Below are positions 1 through 10,174 of a stretch of 64,000 nt of DNA, one piece after another. Positions within the stretch are counted from its first letter, which is position 1. Every line of letters starts with the position of its first letter. The stretch is from the NCBI GenBank assembly GCA_902517535.1, contig CABYCK010000001.1, positions 21,317 through 85,316 of the forward strand, given 5' to 3'. The notes under the pieces are model-generated. The model made no database searches, had not been told where the DNA came from, and saw only the letters and a program-made list of their open reading frames with translations. The position numbers and the translations under genes are program-made. The stretch comes from an uncultured Pelagibacteraceae bacterium. Its GTDB lineage: Bacteria; Pseudomonadota; Alphaproteobacteria; Pelagibacterales; Pelagibacteraceae.

Positions 1-169
1 TCACAGCCATAAAATCATATTTTCCTCTTAGGCCAGAGTATTGAGTTACTTTCGCTCCTACAGAAGCAGCTAAAGCTGATGTTGCAGCTTTTCTGTCTGT
101 TGAGGGGTTACTTACAAACCCTGCGAGACCCTTAGCTGTATAACATCCAAGTGTATAGAATTTAACCAT
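1..169 (-). CDS. GYD-domain-like small protein (partial, runs off window start)
   Basis: Not in ORF track. ATG at 169 with SD AAGGAG upstream; translates MVKFYTLGCYTAKGLAGFVSNPSTDRKAATSALAASVGAKVTQYSGLRGKYDFMAV..., with a G-x-YD motif. Confidence 0.65.
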   Translation of the reverse strand, partial: MVKFYTLGCYTAKGLAGFVSNPSTDRKAATSALAASVGAKVTQYSGLRGKYDFMAV

Positions 170-182
170 CGTTTCTCCTTTC

Positions 183-476
183 TTATTTTTCGATTACAAC
201 TGTACCAGAGTGAGGGTCAGTAACACCTAACTCGGATGACAGTTCTTCTAAAGTGTGCCGAAGTGAGTCCAAAAATTCAATCATCTTTGGTCTTGCTTTG
301 GCTATTGCATCTTCAGAATTCCATTCACCGATCATAAAAAATTCGTTAGGTTTAGTTTCAACATACTTAGCTGAAATTTGCCCATCGAACTTTGGCATCT
401 CGTCAATTTTTTTTAGATACTCTTCTCGATTAGATGTTTTCACTTTACATCTAACAATGTTCATAAATTTTGCCAT
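183..476 (-). CDS. ABM-like dimeric alpha+beta barrel small protein
   Basis: 97 aa with AAGGAG SD; pattern 'FFMIGEWNSEDAIAKAR' resembles ABM/DUF718-like proteins. Confidence 0.6.
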   Translation of the reverse strand: MAKFMNIVRCKVKTSNREEYLKKIDEMPKFDGQISAKYVETKPNEFFMIGEWNSEDAIAKARPKMIEFLDSLRHTLEELSSELGVTDPHSGTVVIEK

Positions 477-484
477 ATATCTCC

Positions 485-901
485 TTAAACGTAAATTTTA
501 TCTGCTAAACCGTAACAAAGAATAGCACTGATAAAAACAAGAACTAGAGGAACATATATTCCATCATTTCTAGTTTTTTTTGTTAAACCTGTTTTATCAA
601 TTTTTAATGTATAAAAATTTACAACCAATATTGAAACATTAACTATAAAAACTAAGTTAAAGAACGCCCAAGTAGCATCTAAACCACCCGATCTTACAAA
701 GGCTACATAGATCGCCATTAAAACTAATGCAACCATAAATGAACCAGCGAATCTAGTGATTAAAGTAGCTGTCTTATCTACTCCTCTACCTTTAAGAAAT
801 TTTTTAGTATCAAATACTAGTTGGTACGCGTAACTTCCAACTATAATGAAATGAGCTAAGTAAATTATTAAATAAAATGCGTTTCCAAATTTATCTATCA
901 T
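485..901 (-). CDS. Hypothetical 4-TM membrane protein
   Basis: 138 aa, four hydrophobic segments, co-oriented with neighbours. Confidence 0.7.
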   Translation of the reverse strand: MIDKFGNAFYLIIYLAHFIIVGSYAYQLVFDTKKFLKGRGVDKTATLITRFAGSFMVALVLMAIYVAFVRSGGLDATWAFFNLVFIVNVSILVVNFYTLKIDKTGLTKKTRNDGIYVPLVLVFISAILCYGLADKIYV

Positions 902-915
902 ATTTATCCTTTTAT

Positions 916-1206
916 TTATCCTTTATATTGTTCTAACAGATCTTCGCCCATTAAAGTTGTAACGGATTTCTCTAAGACTACTCCAGCTGCTGCTCTTTCT
1001 TTATGAAGTTCCTCATCAGCCTTAAAAGCTTGAAGACCTTCCAGTGTATCAAATCTAATAATGGTAGTGATTTTTGAGTCATTATCTTTTTCTGTTCCAG
1101 CATAAAGAAATGTCATACCGTATTTCTTAATTTTTTCTGAATTGCTATGAACCATTGCTTTCCATTTTGCAAAAGTTTCAATTGGACTTTCTATTTTTAC
1201 TATCAT
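916..1206 (-). CDS. Small dimeric alpha+beta barrel-like protein (DUF3764-like)
   Basis: 96 aa; 'FAKWKA...FDTLEGLQAFKADEELHKERAAAGV' pattern. Confidence 0.55.
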   Translation of the reverse strand: MIVKIESPIETFAKWKAMVHSNSEKIKKYGMTFLYAGTEKDNDSKITTIIRFDTLEGLQAFKADEELHKERAAAGVVLEKSVTTLMGEDLLEQYKG

Positions 1207-1223
1207 GTTTTACTTCGTTTAGT

Positions 1224-1601
1224 TTAATAAATCCCAGATTTTACTAATTTGTCTATCTCTTCCTTTGCCTCTGGTATTAATTTGTAAATATATCTATCAC
1301 ATTCACTAGTTATTTTTTCATCATATGGTTTTCCATACAGTTCATCGATAGATTTATTAAGTTCTGTATTAATAAAATCCTCTTTTACTCCCTCTTTAAT
1401 TAAATATGATGTTAAAAATTTCTTTGCCGAAATAGAATAAACAATCTTATCTAGTTCTAAAGTACCTTGAGGTATCATGCTATTAGCGTAATATAATCCT
1501 GTACATTTTAATGTAGCCTTTTTGTCTTTTTCACTTAAATGCCCTCCAGCATGTAACGTGGAAAAGAAACTTAAAAAAATGATTAAAATAATTTTTTTCA
1601 T
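1224..1601 (-). CDS. Exported hypothetical protein
   Basis: 125 aa, signal peptide MKKIILIIFLSFFSTLHA, two Cys. Confidence 0.65.
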   Translation of the reverse strand: MKKIILIIFLSFFSTLHAGGHLSEKDKKATLKCTGLYYANSMIPQGTLELDKIVYSISAKKFLTSYLIKEGVKEDFINTELNKSIDELYGKPYDEKITSECDRYIYKLIPEAKEEIDKLVKSGIY

Positions 1602-1687
1602 ATTTTGATAATAATTAAAATTAATCTAATTTAACTATGTTATATTTTCTTTTCAGGTATGCAATTTGTCTACAACTATAGGATGAA

Positions 1688-2692
1688 CTAGGGTATAAGT
1701 ATGATTTTGGGAGCAACACAGGAACCATTATGTATTTCTTGAAAAGCTTCAGATCCTTTTTTCAGATCTCTAAACTCAATCCAACCTAAATCTCCTAGTT
1801 TTTTTTCTTTTAAAATTTCTAAGGTCTTTTGGAAATCTTTATTTGTATAACAGTAAGTTCCAACTAATGTTACTTCTTGAATTGTTAATTTCTTAAAATC
1901 AAACGTTCCAGACGGTTGTGTTAATCCTATATGTAAAATAGTGCCACCAGGAACGATTGATTTAATGGCTTGATGTCGTGTAGCCTCGAGACCAACTGAC
2001 TCTAATATCAAATCAAAATTATTTTCTTTAATTGATTTATCATTCGGGGACACGAAGTTTGCTTTTAAATATTTACTGCACTCATTTAATCTTTTTTTAT
2101 TTGGATCTGACATTATAATGTTAGTAGCTTTTTTTTCTTTATTTAATACTAAACCACATAATAACCCTATCGCACCTGCTCCTTGAATTAATATTTTGCA
2201 TTCAGACAAAGGCTTTTTTAAATTTTGTTCGGCTAATAAAACGGCATGTAAAGCTACGGCTGCAGGTTCAGCTAATGCTGCCTCTTTGATACTTAATTTT
2301 TCTGGAACTTCAAATATGTTTTTTTCTGGTACTGAAACTAATTCTGCCAATCCCCCTTCTCTTTTAATTGGCGTGCTCATCCCAATCATTGTTCTATCTG
2401 GACATAAATGTTCCCTCTCATTTTTACAATAATCGCAATCTTCACAGCTTATTAATGGATTTATAACAACATCTTTATTTTTAAATTTGCCATCTAGACT
2501 AGTTCCGCTCACTTCGTGACCTAATATTAATGGTGGTATTCTTCTTTCGTCATTACCGTGATAAGCGTGCATATCTGAGCCACAAATACCTGAGGCTTTT
2601 ACTTTTATTAATGTCTCACCTGGTTTTGCGATTGGATCTTTTTCTTCTCTGAAATCTATTGTATTAGTACCAGTATAAACTAGTGCTTGCAT
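1688..2692 (-). CDS. hpsP: Zn-dependent MDR dehydrogenase, probable DHPS dehydrogenase HpsP
   Basis: CGSD, GHE, CxxCxxC...C and GAGAIG motifs; translationally coupled to hpsN. Confidence 0.7.
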   Translation of the reverse strand: MQALVYTGTNTIDFREEKDPIAKPGETLIKVKASGICGSDMHAYHGNDERRIPPLILGHEVSGTSLDGKFKNKDVVINPLISCEDCDYCKNEREHLCPDRTMIGMSTPIKREGGLAELVSVPEKNIFEVPEKLSIKEAALAEPAAVALHAVLLAEQNLKKPLSECKILIQGAGAIGLLCGLVLNKEKKATNIIMSDPNKKRLNECSKYLKANFVSPNDKSIKENNFDLILESVGLEATRHQAIKSIVPGGTILHIGLTQPSGTFDFKKLTIQEVTLVGTYCYTNKDFQKTLEILKEKKLGDLGWIEFRDLKKGSEAFQEIHNGSCVAPKIILIP

Positions 2693-3978
2693 TAATTTGA
2701 AAAGCCGTATTTTCTTAATCTTACGTCTGCGGTTCTAGCGTGAGCTTCCATACCTTCTGCTCTTCCCAATCTTGCAGCTGTAGCTCCAACCACTTCTGTA
2801 GCTTCCTTTGTCATTCTTTGGAAAGTAAGAGTTTTAATAAATTTTCCTACAAATAAACCGCCTGTATATCTTCCACCACCTTTTGTTGGTAGAATGTGAT
2901 TTGTGCCTGAGCATTTATCTCCATAAGCAACGGTAGTTTCTTCTCCTAAAAATAGAGATCCATAATTCCGTAATCTTTTTAACCACCAATTTAAATTTTC
3001 TGCATGAACTTCTAAATGTTCAGATGCATATTTATCGCTTACCTCAGCCATTTCCTCATTAGTATCACATAGGATTACTTCACCGTAATCTTTCCAAGCT
3101 GCTGTAGCATTAACTTTTGCAAGTTCTGGTAGATCATTTATTAATTCAGGCACTCTTTTCATTGTAAAGTCAGCCAAATCTTTGTCGGTAGTAAATAACC
3201 AACCAGGAGAATTATAACCATGCTCTAGTTGACCAACAAGATCGACAGCCACTATTTCTTTATCAGCTGTTTTATCAGCTATGATAGCTATTTCAGTTGG
3301 TCCAGCAAATTGATCTATACCTACCTTACCATAAACAATTCTTTTAGCTTCAGCTACATATTGATTCCCTGCTCCTACTAAAAAATCTACTGGGGGATTT
3401 TTAAAACATCCATGTGTCATTGAACCTATTGCGGCTACACCACCTAAATTCATTATTACATCAGCACCGCAATGATTCGCAGCAAAAATTATTCCAGGAT
3501 TAGCTCCATCCTTATCTTTAGGAGGGCTGGCACAAATAATAGTTTTTACACCAGCTACTTTTGCAGGTGTAATAGCCATTACAGCTGAAGAAATATGCGC
3601 ATATCTTCCTCCTGGAATGTAACAACCAGCAGTGTCTACCGGGATCAATCTTTGTCCAGCAAATAATCCTTTGGACAGTTCAACTTCAAAGCTATTATTC
3701 ATACTTTTTAATTGATGTTCAGCAAATTTTTTAATTCTTTCATGAGCAAATTTCACATCATCTTTAGTTTTTTGATCGACTTTCTCAATTGCTTCTTCAA
3801 TTTTCTCCTTTGAAACAATTACTTCACCTTCATATTTATCAAATTTTTTATTTAATTCTCTAAGAGCTTCTTCTTTTCTTTTTGATATATCATTAAGAAT
3901 ATTTTGTACCGCGGCTTGTGTTTTATGGTCATCCGTCTCTGGGGTCTTAGCTGCTTTTTTTATATATTTAACTGCCAT
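2692..3978 (-). CDS. hpsN: Sulfopropanediol (DHPS) 3-dehydrogenase, histidinol dehydrogenase family
   Basis: HisD fold (YIPGG, GAGNQYVAEAKR, AGPTE, SEHL, GTNHILPT) located next to a TRAP transporter and Zn-ADH rather than his genes. Confidence 0.85.
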   Translation of the reverse strand: MAVKYIKKAAKTPETDDHKTQAAVQNILNDISKRKEEALRELNKKFDKYEGEVIVSKEKIEEAIEKVDQKTKDDVKFAHERIKKFAEHQLKSMNNSFEVELSKGLFAGQRLIPVDTAGCYIPGGRYAHISSAVMAITPAKVAGVKTIICASPPKDKDGANPGIIFAANHCGADVIMNLGGVAAIGSMTHGCFKNPPVDFLVGAGNQYVAEAKRIVYGKVGIDQFAGPTEIAIIADKTADKEIVAVDLVGQLEHGYNSPGWLFTTDKDLADFTMKRVPELINDLPELAKVNATAAWKDYGEVILCDTNEEMAEVSDKYASEHLEVHAENLNWWLKRLRNYGSLFLGEETTVAYGDKCSGTNHILPTKGGGRYTGGLFVGKFIKTLTFQRMTKEATEVVGATAARLGRAEGMEAHARTADVRLRKYGFSN

Positions 3979-5302
3979 AAAGTAATGTTGGTAACCACAA
4001 AGCTATTTGCGGAAATACTACTATTAATACTAATCCAATAATTTGCAAGACCATAAATTGCATCATTCCAAAATAAATATCTTTTAAATCCCATTCAGGC
4101 ACAACACCTTTTAAAAAATAGGCTGAAAGTGCAACAGGTGGAGATAACCAGGCGGTCTGGAGATTGACTGCTACCAATATCGCAAACCAAGTTAGATTAA
4201 ACCCTAATGCCTCTACTAACGGTAGGATAATAGGAATAATAATCATTACTATAGGTACCCATTCTAAAGGCCATCCAAGTAAAAATATCATTACCATTAT
4301 CATTGCTAAAATTAGATATTTATTCATTTCTAATCCAAGTAAAAACTCTGTTAGTAATGTTGGAGTACCTAGTCTCGCAAATACAGCTCCAAAAAAATTT
4401 GATGCTGCAACTAAAACCATTATTAAAGCAGTTATTTCTAAAGTCTTAACTAAAGCTTCTTGTAATTTTGGTAATGTTAATTTTTTATACGCTAATGATA
4501 AAAGAAGTGCGCCCATTGCTCCACAACCAGCTGCCTCGGTAGGAGTAGCAAAACCAAATAAAATACTTCCAAGTGCTGCAAATACCAAAGCAGCTGGAGG
4601 AACTAGTCCAAGAAAAAATTCAATCCATACTGTGGTCATGCTCGTAGCTCTCATTTCAACGGGTAAAGGTGGGCCAAGTTTTGGGTTCAACATACATCTA
4701 ACTGTTGTGTAAGCAGCATACAACGTCGCCAATAATATTCCTGGAAATATAGCTGCAGCAAATAAATCAATTACAGGAATTTCCATTATTGGCCCCATAA
4801 CTACAAGCATAATGCTTGGTGGAATTAAAATTCCTAAAGTTCCTCCAGCAGTAATTGTTCCTGCAGCTAACCTTACGTCATAACCTGATCTATTCATTGA
4901 TTTAGCAGCCATAATTCCTAAAATTGTTACTGAAGCACCTACAATTCCTGTTGCTGCTGCAAATATTACTGAAACAAATAAAACAGCGTAATATAGTGAT
5001 CCTCTAACTCTTGCCAACATTAATTGAAATGCTGAAAACAATCTTTCCATAAGACCGGCTTGTTCCATCATAATTCCCATAAATACAAAGAGTGGGACGG
5101 CAGCGAGAGTTTGTTCGGTCATGACCATAGAAAACTGTAAGGTCATTAAGTAAAAAACAAGTTTTCCAAATCCTAGATAACCAAACACGAAACCTAAAAA
5201 TATAAGTGTGAACGAAATAGGAAATCCAACAAATATTGCAAAAAGCATTACTCCTACAAGAATAAAACCAAGAACCGCTGGATCTATCAATTCAGCAATC
5301 AT
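3968..5302 (-). CDS. TRAP transporter large permease (DctM family)
   Basis: 444 aa, highly hydrophobic; GGTLGILIPPS, TPTEAA and SPPVA motifs. Confidence 0.92.
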   Translation of the reverse strand: MIAELIDPAVLGFILVGVMLFAIFVGFPISFTLIFLGFVFGYLGFGKLVFYLMTLQFSMVMTEQTLAAVPLFVFMGIMMEQAGLMERLFSAFQLMLARVRGSLYYAVLFVSVIFAAATGIVGASVTILGIMAAKSMNRSGYDVRLAAGTITAGGTLGILIPPSIMLVVMGPIMEIPVIDLFAAAIFPGILLATLYAAYTTVRCMLNPKLGPPLPVEMRATSMTTVWIEFFLGLVPPAALVFAALGSILFGFATPTEAAGCGAMGALLLSLAYKKLTLPKLQEALVKTLEITALIMVLVAASNFFGAVFARLGTPTLLTEFLLGLEMNKYLILAMIMVMIFLLGWPLEWVPIVMIIIPIILPLVEALGFNLTWFAILVAVNLQTAWLSPPVALSAYFLKGVVPEWDLKDIYFGMMQFMVLQIIGLVLIVVFPQIALWLPTLLYGS

Positions 5303-5913
5303 TTACTATCTCCAGGCCACTCACCTTTTTTTGCTGCCCAATAACTTTTTAATAATTCTGAAATACCTTGAATTAAAAGAAATATAATTCCAACAAGTAA
5401 ACATGTTTTTATTGGCCACATATATGGCATCCATGTTGTGTCCATCCCTCTTTCTCCTCTTTGTATTGACTCACCTACATAACCAATTGTCATGTAAAGA
5501 AAGACTAGTAAGCCTGGAAAATAAAATAAAATATATAACCAAAAATCTACAAGTCCTTGATTTTTGATTTTAAAATTTCGGTATAAAAAATCTGCTCTAA
5601 TGTGAACACCTTTGGAAAGAGCATAACCTGCTCCTAACATAAAAAGTGCGCCATATAAAAATCTACTAATATCGTAAGCCCAAATTGTAGGTGCTAAAAA
5701 AAATTTTCTCATTATGACTTCATAAGTCATAGCGAAAATTAAAGGCATTAAAATCCAACAAACTACGTTACCCACTCTCTTGCTGAATTTATCTATTGAT
5801 GTAATAGTGTTTGCCATCCACTCAGGCATATCCACTGGCATTTTGCCAGTACCTCCTCGCCTTTGGGCATTCGTTTCATCTGAAATATCGATTTTAGAAG
5901 GTTCGTCGTTCAT
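5299..5913 (-). CDS. TRAP transporter small permease (DctQ family)
   Basis: 4 TM segments, 'HIRADFLY' motif, lies between DctP and DctM. Confidence 0.9.
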   Translation of the reverse strand: MNDEPSKIDISDETNAQRRGGTGKMPVDMPEWMANTITSIDKFSKRVGNVVCWILMPLIFAMTYEVIMRKFFLAPTIWAYDISRFLYGALFMLGAGYALSKGVHIRADFLYRNFKIKNQGLVDFWLYILFYFPGLLVFLYMTIGYVGESIQRGERGMDTTWMPYMWPIKTCLLVGIIFLLIQGISELLKSYWAAKKGEWPGDSK

Positions 5914-5939
5914 AATTTTTTTTACTTATTTTAAAAAAC

Positions 5940-5965
5940 TAGAGCGGGTTATTAAACCCGCTCTA
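5940..5965 (-). terminator. Stem-loop after the TRAP binding-protein gene (terminator or mRNA stabiliser)
   Basis: Perfect inverted repeat tagagcgggtt-atta-aacccgctcta followed by a U-tract on the minus strand. Confidence 0.75.
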
Positions 5966-5991
5966 ATATATCTTTAAATTTTTTCTACTGA

Positions 5992-7086
5992 TTACTTAAG
6001 TGTCGCCGCGTGAGCCATTCCTAGCTTAGCATTTGACATTTGAGCACCACTCCAGAATGGAACAGCAATATCAGCAAACTCTTTCATTGAGTCATAAACT
6101 TTAGCAAAAAATTTATTATCTGCTGCGTTTTTGTTCAATGTTTTCTTTGCTGCTGCCATATATTCTTTAAAGTAGTCCGAAGGTGTATCTTCTAAGATAA
6201 CACCATGCTTAGTAGTTAATTCTTTTAAAGCTTTTCCATTTTCATAGATTCTATAGCTTAAAGATTTAGCTAACGAAGCGTTTGCAGCTACTTCTAGAGA
6301 CTTTTTCTCATGAGCAGTCATACTTTTGTATGTCTTTCCAGTAATATAAAAGTCAGCATTAACTACTACTTGGTGTAAACCTTGTAGGTAATAGTGTTTT
6401 AATACTTTTTGGAAACCAAATGTTAAATCTGGTTTTGGACAACACCATTCTGCTGCATCGATTGTTCCTGCTTGTAATGCTGGAAGAATATCTCCACCAC
6501 CCATTGCTACAGAAGCTATACCGATGTCTTTATATGTTTGTCCAGGAATTCCTGGAGGTGTTCTGAATTTATATTTTCTAAAGTCAGCCATGTCTTTAAT
6601 TGGTTTTGGAAACCAACCTAAAGCTTCTGGTCCAACTGGTTGAAGCATAAATCCTTTAATGTCTCTTCCCATTTCTTTCCACAGCTGGTCATATAATTCT
6701 TTACCACCGCCATATTGGAACCATGATAAGAAAGCTAAATTATCTATACCTACTCCACCGCCTGCTACTGGTGAACCAAATAACATAGCCGCCGGATGAT
6801 CGCCAGACCAATAGTGCGTCCATGCAAATCCACAGTCGATTAACCCTTTGTCAACTGCATCTAAAGTTTCTTTTACTCCTACAACAGCACCTGCTGGTAA
6901 AATTTCAAATTTTAAAGATCCATCAGTTAATGTTGTTACAGTGTCAGTAAAGTCCTTTAACATCTTCACTTCATCAGCTTTAGTGTTAAGAACGGTCTGA
7001 CATTTTAATGTTTTCGCGTTTGCAGTACTCATTGAAAATCCAATAAATACAGCTAAACTCAAAACAACAGTTAATAATTTTTTCAT
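5992..7086 (-). CDS. TRAP substrate-binding protein (DctP family), probably sulfonate-binding
   Basis: Signal peptide; 'LPAGAVV...LDAV', 'KFRTPP' and 'GTIDAAEW' motifs; first gene of the hps unit. Confidence 0.9.
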   Translation of the reverse strand: MKKLLTVVLSLAVFIGFSMSTANAKTLKCQTVLNTKADEVKMLKDFTDTVTTLTDGSLKFEILPAGAVVGVKETLDAVDKGLIDCGFAWTHYWSGDHPAAMLFGSPVAGGGVGIDNLAFLSWFQYGGGKELYDQLWKEMGRDIKGFMLQPVGPEALGWFPKPIKDMADFRKYKFRTPPGIPGQTYKDIGIASVAMGGGDILPALQAGTIDAAEWCCPKPDLTFGFQKVLKHYYLQGLHQVVVNADFYITGKTYKSMTAHEKKSLEVAANASLAKSLSYRIYENGKALKELTTKHGVILEDTPSDYFKEYMAAAKKTLNKNAADNKFFAKVYDSMKEFADIAVPFWSGAQMSNAKLGMAHAATLK

Positions 7087-7224
7087 TATTCCCCCGTTTG
7101 GTTATTATTAATCTTGGAATTAAACCTTTTTAAAAATATAGAGTCAAATAATAGAATTAAAACTTCAGGTTGAATTTCATACATTGGCAATTAGTTATTT
7201 TCCACTTATAAAGATTAAATAATC

Positions 7225-8832
7225 ATGGAAAATTTTGATTACATCATAATTGGGGCTGGTTCAGCGGGGTGTGTTTTGGCAAACCGTTTGACCTCAAGTG
7301 GGAAAAATAAAGTCCTGTTATTAGAGGCTGGAGGTAAAGATACTTATCCATGGATACATATTCCAGTTGGTTATTACAAAACAATGCATAATCCAAAAGT
7401 TGATTGGTGTTTTCATACTGAAAAAGATGAAACGATGGCAAATAGATCTATACGTTATCCAAGAGGAAAAACACTTGGGGGGAGTTCATCTATAAATGGC
7501 CTTTTATGGATTAGAGGTCAGAGCAATGACTATGACAATTGGAGACAACAAGGAAATACCGGTTGGGGTTGGCAAGATGTTCTTCCTTATTTTTTAAAAT
7601 CAGAAAATAATGAATTAGGAAAAAGTGAATTTCATAACGATGATGGGCCAATAACCGTTAGTAATAAAAAGATTAATTTAAAAATGTTAGAAGAGTTTCA
7701 GAATGCAGCTGAGGAATACGGGATACCTAGAACCGAAGACTTTAATACTGGTGATAATTTTGGTGTAGGATATTTTCAATTTACTACTAATAGAGAGAAA
7801 TTACTTAAATTAAGATGTAGTGCTGCAAAAGGATATTTAAATCCTATAAAGAAAAGATCTAATTTAAAAATAATTGTTAATGCACATGTACAAAAAATAA
7901 ACTTTGTAGATAAAAAAGCTTTTAGTGTCAGTTTTCATGTTAATGGAAAATTAAAAACTATCTCTGCAAATAGAGAAATTTTACTTTCAGCTGGGTCGAT
8001 AGGTTCACCTCATATTCTACAAGTTTCTGGGATTGGTGATAGTCAAAAATTAAAAAATCACGGCATTGAACTTGTTCATGAATTAAAAGGTGTTGGAAAA
8101 AATCTACAGGACCATTTAATGTTCAGGCCAGTTTATAAAGTTAAAAATTTAAAATCTCTTAATGGAAAAATTAATAGTTTATTTGGAAATTTATTGATTG
8201 GTTTAGAATATATATTCAATCAAAGTGGCCCCATGACAATGGGAGCAAGTCAGGTATGTGGTTTTTTGAAAAGTGATCCATCTAAAGCAACTCCAGATTT
8301 GCAATTTCATGTTCAGCCAATAAGTACAGATATATTGGGAGCTACCAAAATGCATGACTTTGACGGAATTACTCCGACTATTGCAAATATAAGACCAACT
8401 AGTAGGGGTGAAATAAATATTGTAAGTAATGACACAAGAGATAATCCAAAAATTAAGATGAATTATTTATCAACACAAGTTGATAGAGACATTGCAGCAA
8501 AAAGTTTAAAAATTGTAAGAAAAATTATGTTAGAAACTAAAGCTTTTAAAAAATATGAACCAGAAGAATTTAGACCTGGAGTACATATAACTGATGATGA
8601 GGAATTGGTGCAAGCTGGTAGTAATCATACTCAAACTATATTTCATCCTGTAGGCACTTGTAAAATGGGTAAAGGAGAAGACTCAGTGGTTGATGAAAAA
8701 TTAAAAGTAAGAGGATTAGAAAATTTAAGAGTAATTGATGCTTCAATAATGCCAAATATCACTTCGGGTAATACTAATGCACCAACTATAATGATTGCTG
8801 AAAAGGCCTCAGACATGATATTGAATCAATAA
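7225..8832 (+). CDS. GMC (choline dehydrogenase-like) flavoprotein oxidoreductase; candidate isethionate dehydrogenase
   Basis: [26 protein letters not shown] and GNTNAP motifs. Confidence 0.85.
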   Translation: MENFDYIIIGAGSAGCVLANRLTSSGKNKVLLLEAGGKDTYPWIHIPVGYYKTMHNPKVDWCFHTEKDETMANRSIRYPRGKTLGGSSSINGLLWIRGQSNDYDNWRQQGNTGWGWQDVLPYFLKSENNELGKSEFHNDDGPITVSNKKINLKMLEEFQNAAEEYGIPRTEDFNTGDNFGVGYFQFTTNREKLLKLRCSAAKGYLNPIKKRSNLKIIVNAHVQKINFVDKKAFSVSFHVNGKLKTISANREILLSAGSIGSPHILQVSGIGDSQKLKNHGIELVHELKGVGKNLQDHLMFRPVYKVKNLKSLNGKINSLFGNLLIGLEYIFNQSGPMTMGASQVCGFLKSDPSKATPDLQFHVQPISTDILGATKMHDFDGITPTIANIRPTSRGEINIVSNDTRDNPKIKMNYLSTQVDRDIAAKSLKIVRKIMLETKAFKKYEPEEFRPGVHITDDEELVQAGSNHTQTIFHPVGTCKMGKGEDSVVDEKLKVRGLENLRVIDASIMPNITSGNTNAPTIMIAEKASDMILNQ

Positions 8833-8834
8833 AT

Positions 8835-9410
8835 ATGTCTGAACAAATAATCATATTTTCACAAATAGTTTTTATAGATCTTATTTTAGCTGGAGATAAT
8901 GCGATTATTATTGGTATGGTAGCTTCAAAATTTCCTCCAGCCCAAAGAAAGTTAATAATTTTTTGGGGAATAGGTGGAGCAGTAATTCTTAGAATTATTT
9001 TAACTTTACTCACAGCATATTTGCTTCAAATCACTGGATTAAGATTAATCGGAGGTATTCTTTTGCTTTTTATAGTCTACAAACTTTACATAGATGTAAT
9101 AAAGCATGAATCCTCTAAAGATAAAGAAATTAAAGTTGATAACACAAGTTTATTAGGAGCAATTTGGACAGTGCTATTAGCTGATTTTACGATGAGTTTA
9201 GATAATGTTCTCGGAGTAGCTGGAGCAGCAGGTCATCATTACCATCTACTAATATTTGGGTTGGTTTTATCGATTATTTTGATGGCAGTTGCTGCTAATC
9301 TCATTTCACTTTGGATAAAAAAATATAAGTGGATTGCTTGGATTGGTTTAATAGCTATATTAATAGTTGCTATTGATTTAATTTATACTGATTTAAAATT
9401 ATTGATTTAA
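8835..9410 (+). CDS. TerC/YjbE family membrane protein
   Basis: DLILAGDNA and ADFTMSLDNV motifs. Confidence 0.85.
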   Translation: MSEQIIIFSQIVFIDLILAGDNAIIIGMVASKFPPAQRKLIIFWGIGGAVILRIILTLLTAYLLQITGLRLIGGILLLFIVYKLYIDVIKHESSKDKEIKVDNTSLLGAIWTVLLADFTMSLDNVLGVAGAAGHHYHLLIFGLVLSIILMAVAANLISLWIKKYKWIAWIGLIAILIVAIDLIYTDLKLLI

Positions 9411-10174
9411 TGCTAAAACAAATAAATCTAAAAAATAAAATCGCTTTAGTAACTGGAGCTGGAAAAGGAATAGGTAAAGCTTGCGCAATAGCTTTAGCTC
9501 AAGCTGGTGCAAAAGTTATTATTGTTAGTAGAACAAAAAATGATTTGGATAAAGTTAATAAGATAATAAAAAAAACAAAAGGATCTTGTGTTTCTTTTGT
9601 ATGTGATGTTACGAATACTTCAAAATTCAATTCTTTCGTAAATAGCTTAAGCAGATTAGATATATTAGTAAATAACGCTGGAAATAATCGTCCTGAACAT
9701 TTTACAAAGGTAAAAAAGTCAGACATGGATTATATTGTCAATTTAAACTTAAAAGCTTGTTTTAATATTGCTCAAATTTGTACAAGAAAAATGTTAGAAG
9801 CTAAAAATAGAAGAAAAATTGGTGGTTCTATAATAAATATGTCTTCTCAACTTGGTAAAGTAGGTGCTCCTATAAGAAGCGTGTATAATATGACTAAGTT
9901 TGGTTTGGAGGGTCTCACTAGAGGAATGGCAATTGATTTAGCTAAAAATAATATTAGAGTAAATACTGTTTGTCCCACATTTGTTTTAACTCCTATGGTT
10001 AAAGGTTTTTTTAAAAATAAAAAATTCCAAAAAGAAATGATAAAGAATATACCATTAGGTAGAGTGGCGGAAGAAAGTGATGTAGCTACTGCAGTTGCTT
10101 TTTTGGCAGGCGATAGCTCAGCGATGATTACGGGAACATCTTTGGTGGTTGATGGTGGTTGGACAGCTCAGTAA
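9410..10174 (+). CDS. hpsO: Classical SDR, probable DHPS 2-dehydrogenase HpsO
   Basis: TGAGKGIG, NNAG, YNMTK motifs, ends DGGWTAQ; close to hpsN/hpsP. Confidence 0.6.
   Translation: MLKQINLKNKIALVTGAGKGIGKACAIALAQAGAKVIIVSRTKNDLDKVNKIIKKTKGSCVSFVCDVTNTSKFNSFVNSLSRLDILVNNAGNNRPEHFTKVKKSDMDYIVNLNLKACFNIAQICTRKMLEAKNRRKIGGSIINMSSQLGKVGAPIRSVYNMTKFGLEGLTRGMAIDLAKNNIRVNTVCPTFVLTPMVKGFFKNKKFQKEMIKNIPLGRVAEESDVATAVAFLAGDSSAMITGTSLVVDGGWTAQ

Noticed and set aside
2692-3978. hisD (histidinol dehydrogenase)
   Set aside because: Same fold, but the TRAP/Zn-ADH/suyAB context supports the paralog HpsN
4164-4712. Long antisense ORFs (also 33749-34201, 34343-34720, 55532-55861, 62098-62427 and others)
   Set aside because: Shadow frames opposite well-supported genes, with no motifs of their own
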